Source of the DNA: Scenedesmus sp. PABB004
Taxonomy: Eukaryota
Length of the DNA: 64,000 nucleotides
Assembly: GCA_014905635.1 (NCBI GenBank)
Contig: JABVCE010000003.1
Span: 1,674,001 to 1,738,000 of the forward strand
Reading direction: 5' to 3'
Below the pieces are notes generated by a model. The model had not been told where the DNA came from, did not search any database, and saw nothing but the letters and a program-made list of their open reading frames with translations. Position numbers and translations under genes: made by a program. Below are positions 13,608 to 23,900 of this stretch, piece by piece (the first letter of the stretch is position 1; each line of letters starts with the position of its first letter).

Positions 13608-14230
13608 TCACAGCAGCATGCGGCGGCCGAGCAGGCCGCCGAGCAGGCCGCCGCCCTTGCCGCCGCCGCCGAAGCCGGGCGCCTGCCGGACATACACGGG
13701 CGTCGCCGCCGCGACGTAGGTCGGGTAGGAGGGCGCCTGGTAGATGACCGGCTGCGCGGCGACGACGGTCGGCTGCGCCGCGACGACCGTCGGCTGCGCC
13801 GCGACGACCGTCGGCTGCGCCGCGACGACCGTCGGCTGCGCGGCGACGACCGTCGGCTGCGCGGCGACGTAGCTGACGGTCTGGGGCTGCGCGGCGACGA
13901 CGTACGTGGGCTGGCTGGCCACTACGTAGGGGCGCGCGACCGTCGTGGTAGCGACGTAGCCCGCCGTGGAGCCCCCGAAGATGGGAATGCCGCCGCCGCG
14001 CATGCCGCCCGCCAGCGCGGGCTCTGCGGGGCGGACGCGGCGGGGCGTTGTCCGGCGGGGCGGGAGCAGCGCGGGGGGGGGGGTGTTGGGGGGGCGTCGA
14101 GCGGTGTTTCCGCGGTCGGCGTCACCGCGCGCCGCCAGCTGCCGCTGCTGCTGCTGCCGCCGCCGCCGCGCGCACCGGCGGCGAGGGCCAGCAGGAGCAC
14201 AGCCACAGCGACGGCGGCCTTGAACGCCAT
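13608..14230 (-). CDS. Small secreted protein with tandem VVAAQPT repeats (2 exons)
   Basis: MAFKAAVAVAVLLLALAA | intron | EPALAGGMRGG...(VVAAQPT)n...GGLLGGLLGRRMLL*. TGTAA about 60 nt downstream (TTACA at about 13547). Confidence 0.75.
13750..13870. repeat. 21-bp coding tandem repeat (VVAAQPT)
   Basis: GCGACGACCGTCGGCTGCGC(C/G) repeated about 5-6 times. Confidence 0.9.
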
Positions 14231-14719
14231 GGTCTGCGCGGGCGGCGCAGCGTGGCGTGTGGTGTTGGCGCCAGCGCAGGCGCTGCTGAATGGCCCAGCG
14301 CCCACACCGGGCTGGATCGGCCCGCGGGCGCCCGCCCGCTCCGATCCACCGCCCGTTATTCGAGCGGGGCGCGTCTGTCGCTCGCCCGCGGCTCGCGCTG
14401 CCCAGAGGGGGTCGTGGCCGGTGCTGGCCCAGCGCAGCGCGCTGCCTGGCCACCGCCGCTCCGCTGTCCCGACGGCGATGGCTCCCGCTGCTCACGCTGC
14501 CCGCGCTGCCCGCTGCTTGCGAGAAGGCGCGCAGAGCCTGCTGGCTGAGCAGGCGCACCTTCAGCTGCGTGCTCAAGCACCACCACCACGCTCAACCGGG
14601 AGGTCACACGCACGCTCTGTGAACGCCTGGAGCACACCACACCACGCCGCCCCGCCGCCTGCACCGCCGCGGTTTGCACGTCCGTCACCGGCGGCGCTCG
14701 CGGCGCCGGCCCCGGCCGC

Positions 14720-16694
14720 TCAGCTCCCGCCCGCGCCGTGCTGCTGCTGGAGCTGCTGCGCCGCCGCGATGCTCTGCTTGAGCCCCGCCGAGCGGCGCGC
14801 CGCGCGCGCCTCGAGCATGGCCGCCACCTGGCGCGCCGCGCGCGCGGGAGTGAGCGCGCACGCGCGCGGCCGCGCCGGCCGCCACCCCGCCGGCCGCGCC
14901 GCGGAGCCTGCGCCGCCGCGCCGCCGCACCTTGGCCGCCTCGGCCTGCTGCAGCTTGGCGACGCGCGCGCGCGGCAGGCTGCCCACGCGCGTGAACGCCG
15001 CGGCCATGAGGCCGTCGCGGTCGTGGCAGCCCGCCGCGGCCGCCTTGCAGCAGCGCAGCACCTCGCCTGGCGGTGCGGTGCGGCGGACGCGCGGCACGGG
15101 TGGGGGCCGTGGTCGGGTGGGTCGTCAGGGTCGTCGAGGGGCCCACGCTGGCTGGCTGGCCGCGCTGGCCCGCGCCGCGCCGCGTGCTGTGGGCCGTGGG
15201 CGGTGCGGCGCCGCGCGCCCACCCGCGTTGTCGAGGCGCATCAGCTGCGGCGCCGCCTGCGCGAGCAGCGCGAGCCCCAGGCGGTGCAGCACCTTGCGGC
15301 CCTCGCAGAGCAGCGCGTCCCACACGCGCGCCGCGGTCTCGGGCGGCAGGCTCGTGGCGTAGAGGCAGAGGTACCAGTCGGTCGCCACCAGCGACGCCTC
15401 GCACCCCACCGCCTGCGCGGCGGGCGCGGCGCGGACACGCAGCGCGGACGCGGACGCGGACGCGGCGCGGGTTGGCGGCCGCGCGCGGGCGCGCGCGTCG
15501 GGCCGCGCGCAGCGCGCGGCGCGGCCAGGGTGCGGCGGGCGCCGCGCCTGCAGGTGCTTGGCGAGCTTGGGCTGCTTGGCGGCGAGCAGCGTGGCCAGGC
15601 AGCCCATCTCGACGTGGCAGCCGTCCAGGTTGGGCGCGTACGTGCCCGGATACAGCACCTGGGCACCCGCGGGCGGCGCGCGGCAGCGGGGCCGCTCGGC
15701 GAGCCGCGCTCCGGCGCGCCGCCCCGGGGAGCGCGGCGCGCGGCCGCCGGGCGGCCGCACCTGCTCCTGCAGCACCACGAGCAGCCAGAAGACGCGCGCC
15801 GCGTCGCGCTCCACCGCCAGCAGCAGCAGCCCCGCCAGGAAGTTCATGCCCTGCCGCGCGGCGGCGGCGGCGTCGGCCGCGGCGGCAGCGCGGGCGGCGC
15901 GCGGCGCTGCGCGCTGCCCCCTCGGCCCCGCCCGGCGCCGCGTCTAAACCCTCAACCCACCTGGCAGTAGCCCACGGTGGGGTCGTGCCCCGCGTAAGCT
16001 GTCAGCGCCGCGCGCAGCGCGGCCTGGCCCTCGGGCGCGGCCAGCCAGGCGTGGCGCGGGAACGTGCGCGGCAGGTCCTGCAGGCGCCGGGCGGCGGCCG
16101 CGCGGGAGCGGGGCGACCGTCAGCCGCCGCACCGGCTGGAGCGGCGCGCCGCCGCAGCCGCCGCCGCCGCCGCCGCAGCCGCCGCCGCCGCCGCCGCAGC
16201 CGCCGCCGCCGCCGCCGCCGTGCCAGCTGGCGCGAGGCAGCGCACCAGCTCGATCTGCTTCACCGCCGCCCGCTCCTGGCCCAGCTCCAGGCACAGCTCG
16301 TAGCGCCCCGGCGCGGCGGCCGCCGCCGCGGCCGCACCACTCACATGCCACCACACCCAGCCGCGGAGGTCGCGCGGCACGCCCTGCGCCAGCGCGGGTG
16401 CGGCACGGTGAGCGCTGCGGACCGGGGCGGCGCAAGGCGCCGGCGCGTGGCGGGGCGCCGGCGCGTGGCGGGGCGCCCGCTGCCACGCGCGCACGCACGC
16501 GCCTTCCGGCAGAACCGCTTCAGCACGGCGCCGTCTGGCAGCTCCCCGCGCTCCACCCACGGCTGCCACCTGGCGCGGCGCCGCGCCTCGTGCGCGGCGC
16601 AGTCGGCGCGCGCGGCGGCCTGAGCCGGGGTGAGCGCCGGCAGCGGGAAGCCGTACGCGTCGAGCGCCGCCGCCCCTGGCGCCGTGTCGGCCAT
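14720..16694 (-). CDS. Rab-GAP TBC-domain protein (multi-exon)
   Basis: LDAYGF, RKGVPRDLRGWVW, KQIELDLPRTFP, GYCQGMNFLAGLLLL, ATDWYLCLY and ETAARVWDALLCEGRKVLHRLGLAL: TBC IxxDxxR and YxQ fingers. Confidence 0.92.
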
Positions 16695-17373
16695 GCCGCT
16701 CGCCGCGGGGAGCGGCGCCACCTGCGCCGGCCGCGGCGCGGCGCCGCCACAGAGCAGCGCCAGCCGACGCTGGGCGCGGGTTGACCGCCGCCGCAGCTGC
16801 GGCAACCGCCCAGCGGCGAGGCTGCGACCACCTGGCACTGCACGTGCCGCTGCCAGCCCTGCCGCCGCGCAGCGCGGCGCACTGCGGCAGCGGCAGCGGG
16901 CCGCGAGCGGGCTGCGGACGGCGGCCGCTGTGTGTGCGCCGCGCTGCGCGTGTCTGTCTGGAGGCCGGCGTGGCCCGCAGTGTGTGCCGGGTGTGGCGGG
17001 CGCTCACTGAGCGCCGCTCAGCGAACGCCGCGAGGGCGCAGCAGCGGTTGCGCCGCGGCGGTTGAGGCGGGCGCCCGCGCGCTCCCGAGCAGCCCCCGCC
17101 AGACCCGGCAGCCTGCCCGAGACGCAGGCGACAGGGATCGCCCTCGCGCGGCGACGGTCGGCCGCAGCCGCCGCGGCAGCAGCAGCTGCGTCGGCAGCGG
17201 CACCACAGCGCCAGCCGGGGCCCCTGCCCGGTCCCGGCGGGGCCGGCGGCGCCATGAGGGAGCCCAGGAGCCGCCCTGGGCGCGCTGGCGCTGGCGGCGG
17301 GCGGCGGGCGGCGGTGCAGCAGCCCTGCTGCGCAGGTGCGGCGCGGCGCCGGCGCAGCGGCAGCGAGCGCCGC
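16686..17373 (+). repeat. Direct duplication, copy 1 (TBC start, divergent promoter and P4H exon-1 remnant); copy 2 at about 27822-28454
   Basis: Shared blocks include GGCACTGCACGTGCCGCTGCCAGCCCTG, GAGGGCGCAGCAGCGGTTGCGCCGCGGCGGTTGAGGCGG and CCCCTGCCCGGTCCCGGCGGG. Copies are diverged by indels and substitutions. Confidence 0.9.
17253..17373 (+). pseudogene. Degenerate copy of prolyl 4-hydroxylase exon 1
   Basis: ATGAGGGAGCCCAGGAGCCGCCCTGGGCGCGCTG resembles the P4H start ATGAGGGCGCGCCCGGGCGCCGCCCTGGGCGCGCTG (28355), is frameshifted, and has no downstream P4H exons. Confidence 0.7.
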
Positions 17374-17810
17374 GACCAGCGCCGGCGAGGCTGAACGCGG
17401 TTGTTTAGAAGTCTGCACCGCCGGGGTCCGGCGGTCTGGAGCGACCAGCAGTCGCTGCCGCGGGCTCGACCGCCGCGCTGCGCTGGCGCCTGCAAACGCC
17501 TCGCGTGGATCAGAGTTGCTGCAGCTGATCTACGCTGCTGCAGATCAAATTGTGTTACTACGCGCCCCGCCCCTCGCGTGGCGTGTCCCTCGCGTGGCGC
17601 GGCCAGCAGACGCTTTGCAGCCGCACCCCCTGTCTCGCTCGCTCGCTCTCGCGGAGCCCTCAAAGTGATGAAGTGATGCGTGCTGGCGCGCTCGCCTCTG
17701 CTCGTGCGTGGTGGCTGCGTGCAGCTCAGAGCACGGCGGCTCCACTGACTCGGTCCAAACTGTCGCGGCAGCACACTCACGTGCACGTTCAGAGCAGCGT
17801 TGTCAAGTTC

Positions 17811-18301
17811 TTGGTCGCAGCAAAGCGACTTGATTTTGTTGAAGTGATGTGCGCGGTGCCAGGGCGCACGTGGCGCTGCTGCCACAGTGCCCACGCGGCA
17901 CAGCGCCTGCGACGCATGCCAGCCTGTGCGCGCGCGGCCGGCGCGCGACTCCCCCGCCTGGGCGGGCGCTCTCTACCACGGCGAGCAGCCGTTCTCCCTG
18001 TCGCAGCCGCGGACGCAGCCGTTGTAGTAGTAGCCCTCCATGCCGCACGTGCAGCTGCGGGGCGGCGTGGCGCGCCGCCGGCGCAGCCGCGTCAGCAGGG
18101 GTGGGCGCCGGCGCAGCGGCGACGCAGTGAGCGGCGTGCAGCGTGCGGCTGCGCAGGGCCGGGCTGGAGCATCCTGGCCGCCGGCGCACCTCTTGGAGCA
18201 GCAGTCGCTGTTCTGCATGCAGCCCTGCTTGTACTGCGACGTGCGGCACCAGCCGCGCTGCCCCGGCCACAGCGGCATCTTCTTGACCTGCTGGCCGTCG
18301 A
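17811..18301 (-). repeat. About 490-bp inverted repeat, copy 1 (last exons and 3' UTR of the Cys-rich gene); copy 2 at 26905-27385
   Basis: The peptide DGQQVKKMPLWPGQRGWCRTSQYKQGCMQNSDCCSK...CDRE(N/S)GCSPW* is encoded on - here and on + at 26905-27233. The 3' flank CACATCACTTCAACAAAATCAAGTCG is shared. Confidence 0.95.
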
Positions 18302-20848
18302 TCGTGATGCTGTCGGGGACCCACTCGGGCAGGTAGCACACGTTGCTCAGGCACTCCCTGTCCTCGGCGCAGCGCGCGAGCAAGCCACCGGGGCCGCACG
18401 AGCCCGGGTTGCCGGTGCAGCGGAGAGTGTAGCATTCGCCGTCCCTGCGCGTGCGGCGGGGCGGGCGTCAGCACTCCACGACGGGGCAAGGCGCTGCGTT
18501 GGTGAGCGCGCGGCCTGCCGCCGCCTGAGAGGGCCTCCCTCTCACCAGGCGCAGCTCCCGTCCCTGCGGCTCTTCTCGCAGTTGCCCAGGGTGCGGGTGT
18601 CGGCGTTGCCGCTCTGGCACCTGCGCCGGCAGACCAAGGCGGGCGCGCGCGCCTGATGAGCTGCCAGCGGAGCAGAGCGTGTGCGTGGCTACTGACTGGC
18701 TCGCACCTGCCGCTGTGGCAGTCATAGTTGGTGTAGCAGCGGTCGTTGCGCGGCGCGCAGCTGCGCGCAGGCAAGAGGCTGGCAGGGGCGGCGGCGTGAG
18801 TGGTCCAGGAGCCAGGTGCTGGGCCCGCACGCTCGGCAGCGCCGTGCTGGGCGCGCGCTGACGCCGGCAGCGGGCGCCCTGCACTGCACTCGCCTGCGGC
18901 ACACCCCAAAGTAGCAGTAGTTGTCGTTGGTGGGGAGCGGAGCGACGGTGCAGGCGCCCGACGCGCAGTCGTCGCCATCGAGGCAACCAATGTCTGCGAG
19001 CACGCGGCAGCGTCAGCTGCTGCCAGGGCCGGTGCTGCTGCTGCGTAGGTCGGTCTGCGGCGTGATGTCAGCGGCACCCCGGCGTGGCGGCGCGCACCGC
19101 GGCGGGTGCGCATGCACGTGCCCAGCGTGGGGCCGAGCGGGTGGCTCTGGTAGTTGCCGCACATCTTGCCGATGCAGTCGTTGTCTGCGGCGGCGGGCAG
19201 TGGCGGAGTGAGGGGGGCGCCTGCGTGGCCTGCTGGCTGCCACCGCCGCGCACACGCTGCGCGCATGCTCACCGCTGCGGCAGCGCCCGCCCGCCTTGCC
19301 GGGTCCACAGCTGCCGCCCGTGCAGCGGCCGGTGGCGCAGTCGCCGTCCCAGTTGCAGCCCTGCGTGCGGAGGAGTCGGTTGAGGTGCTGGGGGGCCGGC
19401 GCGCGGGCGCGGGAAGCTGGGGGCCGCGGCCGAGCGCGGCTGGCTCGCCTGGTCACGGCTCCCGAGCTGGCAGGTGCCCAGCATGTCGCCGTTGTCGTTG
19501 GCAATGTTCAGGCACTTGCCCGTCTTGCAGTCATTATCTGTGGCGCGGTGGGCCAGGGCGTGAGTGCTGCGGCGCGCAACGTGGCTGGGAAGCCGCAGCA
19601 GCACGCCTCGCGCTGCTTGCAGGTGCGCGGCCCGGGCTCACCGGAGCGGCAACGCAGCGTGGCGCCCCCGGGGCCGCAGGTCGTGAAGCCCGGCACGCCC
19701 GTGCAGGAGCCTGTTGAGCAGCGAGGGTGGCGCACACAGGCACGGTCAGCAGCGGCGTTTGCGTAGCAACCGCACTCGAGCGCAGGCAGTCTGCTGGCTG
19801 AGGGGCAGCGTCTGCCCTCGCTCACCCGACCAGCAGTCAATGTTCGAGCCGCAGCCCTTGTCGCGGCTGCCCAGCCGGCACGTGCCAGCGATGCACTTGT
19901 CGGTGACGCAGTCGGTGTCTGTGGCGCGCGGCCGCTGGTTAGCGGCGGCAGCATGCACGGCTGTGCAAGCTGGCCGCGCGGCGCAGCAGCACACCGTTGC
20001 GGCAGCTCGACTTGGGCCAGGCGGGGCCGCACGACTTGGACGTCACGCCTGTGCAGCGACCGGTGATGCAGTCGCTGTCGCCGTTGCAGCCCTCGTTGCG
20101 GCTGCCCAGGTCACAGACGCCGAGCGGCTCAGTGGCACCAGCAGGGGTGGTGGCCGAGGCGGCAGTGGCGTTGACGCAGCGACCCGTGACGCAGTCATAG
20201 CCGGTGCGGCAGCGGGCGCCCAGCGAGCTCGGACCGCACGAGCGGAGCGCGCCTGCGACGGGCGACGGTGTGGCGGCGGCCTGCGGCTCAGCCGCCAGAC
20301 CCACAGCACGTCCTGGCCGTGAGCTCGCGGTGGGCGCGTGCTGCAGGTGCCCACCGTTAAAGTAGTAGTTGTCCGGCCTGTTGAAGATATCGATGGTGCA
20401 GCTGCCCGACAGGCAGTCGCCGTCCGAGCCGCAGCCCTGCAGTCACGGAGCGGGGCGGGGTGGGCGCGTGCGCTCACCAGCAGTCTGAGCGGCGGGCGGC
20501 GGACGCGCTCTGCCGCGCCCACACCTGGTCGCGGCTGGCCTTGGAGCACGTTCCCGCCGTGGTGATGAGCGCGCCGGCCGGCTTGATGCAGCGCTTGGTG
20601 ACGCAGTCGTCCCCTGCGGGGCCGGGCACATGCTCGGGCGCTGCCCGCAGGGCGCGCCCAGCAGGCGCGCCAGGCACCGCCTCCGCAAGCGAGACTCACT
20701 GTTGAAGCAGACGCCGTTGGGCGAGCCCGTGGACAGCGGCCAGCCCGGCGAGCACGAGCGGTACGCTCCATTGAAGAAGTAGTTGGTGGACGTGCTGGCG
20801 CCCTCCACGGCGCAGCGGGCTGGGGCGCGCGCAGGGAGAGACATGGGG

Positions 20849-20937
<89 letters not shown>

Positions 20938-23900
20938 CAGCCAAGGGCAGCAGCATTGGCAGCCACTGTGTGCAGCGGTTGCGCATGCACCACACCACCC
21001 AGCGCGCCATTGCCGCGCATGGCGGCGCACCCGTGAAGCAGTCAGGGTCGCTGCCGCAGCCATTGTTGAGGTACGCCTTGCCGCACACGCCGTTGACACA
21101 GTTCAGAGTGACGCAGTCGCCGTCTGTGTGGCAACAGCGGCGGGCGTGAGCGTGCGCGCTGCCGCCCCTTGCTGGCTGCACGCGTGCTGCCAGCCGCCCA
21201 ACCGCTCAGGCATCGCCAGCTGCTCTGGCGCTGCGAGCGGCCCCTCCCCGCCGTCACTCACTGTTGCGGCACGGGCCGCCCGGCCACGAGGGCCCGCAGG
21301 TGTCGCGCACGGTGTTGCGGTACGTGCCGCTCCCGCAGCGGCCGCTCGCACAGTGCTTGTTGTCGCTGCCGGCGGCACAGGGGCGGCAAGAGGGCGGTCA
21401 GCCGAGTGCCAGCAGGGGACTGCTGGCTGGCACCGCGGCAGGCCGGCAGCGCGTGCTGCGCGGCTGTGTGGCTCCGCGCACCTGCAGGGCTCGTCCTTCA
21501 TCGCGAGGGCGCAGGTGCCGTTGGTGCAGGTGCCGTCGCACTCCGGGCAGCGGCCCACGCCCACGCACTGCTTGCAGCTGCCGCCGCCGTAGCAGTCGGA
21601 CGCACCGACGCACTTGGCGCCAGGGAAGCCGGGGCTGCAGGTGCCGCTGATGCAGTTGCCCGTTGCGCACATGTAGTCCTTGACGCACACATTGTCGCGG
21701 CCCTGGAGATTCATGCAGATGCCGGTCTTGGTGTTTGCCATCGCCGCAGCGGCGGCCGTGAACAGCGGCGCGACGGCCGGGAAAGTCAGCCAGGACGCAA
21801 CGGCGAGGGTCGTGGAGATGTCGGACACCGAGCTGGGCGTGAGGCAGAACTGGCCGGCCGCGCAGCCCTTGTTGGCCTCCTCTGGCGTGCTCCCAGAGCA
21901 CGTGGGGATGGCGGTGAGGATGCGCTGCCCGGTGGCGTTACGCGACGCGACAAACGCCTCAAAGCGCCTGCGCAGTGGCGGCGGCGGCTGAGTCTCTCGG
22001 CCGCGCAGCTCAGGCGGCAGCGGCGCGGCGCGGCCAGGCCCAGCGCGCGCACCCGGTGGCTGCGTTGGTGCGCAGCAGGATGCCCTTGGTGCCCGACAGC
22101 TTGACCGGCTTGCCATCAATGAGGTTGTTCACTGCGTCGCGGATGCCAGGAATGACGCCCAGGCCGGGGATGAGGTCGACCACGCGCTTGGGGTTGTCCT
22201 TGCTGCCGCCGACCTTGCTGTAAAACTCGTCCAGCGCCTTGAGCAGCCTGGGGGCGCGGGGTTGGGTGCGGCGCGCGTACGCTCGGCGGGCGCGGCGCGG
22301 CGGGGCCGCGGCAGCGCCGCGTCGCCGCCAGCATGGCGCTGGCGCCCCAGCGCAGCGGGCGCGCGCGCACTTGGCGAGGGGGTCTGGGAGCTGCATCTGG
22401 AAGTCAAAATCAGCATAGAGCATCATGCCCCTGCGGCGCGGTGAGCCGGGCGGGCCGGTCAGCTGCTGGCTGCTCGCCGGGCTGCAAGCCAGCGCGGCGG
22501 GGCGCTGCCTGGCGTGCTGCGGCGGCGCGGCCCGGGTGGCCGTCAGCGGCGCCCCCGCACGCGCACCAGTTGACGTTGGCCATCTCCTTGATATAGTAAG
22601 CGTGCGCCTCGAGCTTGGCGGTCGTGTTGCCAACAAACATCCTATTTGTCCGGGCGGGCCGGCCGGCGGCGGGCGGCGGGCGGCGGGCGGGCGGCGGGCG
22701 GGCGGGCGGGCGGGCGGGCGGGCGGCGGGCGGGCGGGGGCGGGCGGGCGGGCGGCGGCGGGCGGGCGGGCGGGCGGGCGGGCGGGCGGCGGGCGGGCGGC
22801 GGGCGGGCGGCGGGGGCGGGCGGCGGGCGGGCGGGCGGGCGGCGGCGGCGGGCGGCGCGCGGCGCGCGGCGGGCGGGCGGGCGGGCGGGCGGCGCGCGCG
22901 CGGGCGGGCGGGCGGGCGGGCGCGCTGGCTTAGCGCGGGCGCAGGCCAGCGCCGCGCAGCTCGCAGCGTCGAGCTGCTGCAGCGGCGCGCCCGCGCGCCC
23001 CGCGGTCTCACTCGATGCCCTTGCTCACGGCCTCGGCCGCCATGGGGATGGGCTGGTCGTTGATGCTGAGGCTCGACAGCGCCTGCGGGCGCCGCACCGC
23101 TGCGTGAGCTACCGGCGTGGCCCGCGCGCGTCGCGGCGCGGCGCGGCCGGTGCTGCGCCGCGTCACCTTGGTCAGGCTGATCTGCATGCCGAGGCTCATG
23201 CGCGCGACAAAGTAGTCGACGGCCACCGGCTTGCCCGCGCGCACGCCCGACATCTGCGTTTGCAGTGCGCGGGCACGGGCGCGCGGGCACATCGGCGCGT
23301 GCGCATGCGAGCGCGCGCGGCGGCAATTCGGGCAGGCGCGCCGGCAGCCGCGGAGGCGCAGGGCCATGGGGCGCGGCGGGGCAGCGCACCGCGATGATGA
23401 GCGTGGACGACGCGGTGACGCCGCCGAGGGTGACGCCCACTTTGATCGGGTTCTCGAGGTTCTTGATCGGCACCTCGAAGCCGAGCGAGGGCGTGACCTG
23501 GAGGTTGAACATGAATCCAGCCAGGTTGACGCTCGTGTCGCCGCCGCCGACCGCCCACTTGTAGTTGCTCGTCGCCGCGAGCTGGCGCGGCGGCGGGCGG
23601 GCGCGTGAGCCGGCGTGCGGCGGCGAGGCAGGGCGGCGGGGCGAGGCAGGGCGGCGGGGCGAGGCGGGGCGGCGAGGCGGGGCGCCGGCAGCGTCGGCGC
23701 GCTCCCCCGCACCTGCATCGCGCCGTCAAGGCCGACGGTGAGCGGGCCGAGCTGCGCCACAATGCCCACCGTGGCGGCGGCGGTGAAAAACGTGGTCATC
23801 TGCGGCGCCGCGCGGCGGAGCGGGGCGAGCGAGTGAGGCGCGCTGGGGCCACCGGCGGGCGGTGGCGCCGCGCGCCGGGCGGCGCCACGCGCCGGGCGGC

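Noticed and set aside
20783..21592. ERERER / SLSLSL low-complexity proteins, and the His/Pro/Thr-rich ORF at 28995-29909
   Set aside because: Translations of intronic microsatellites.
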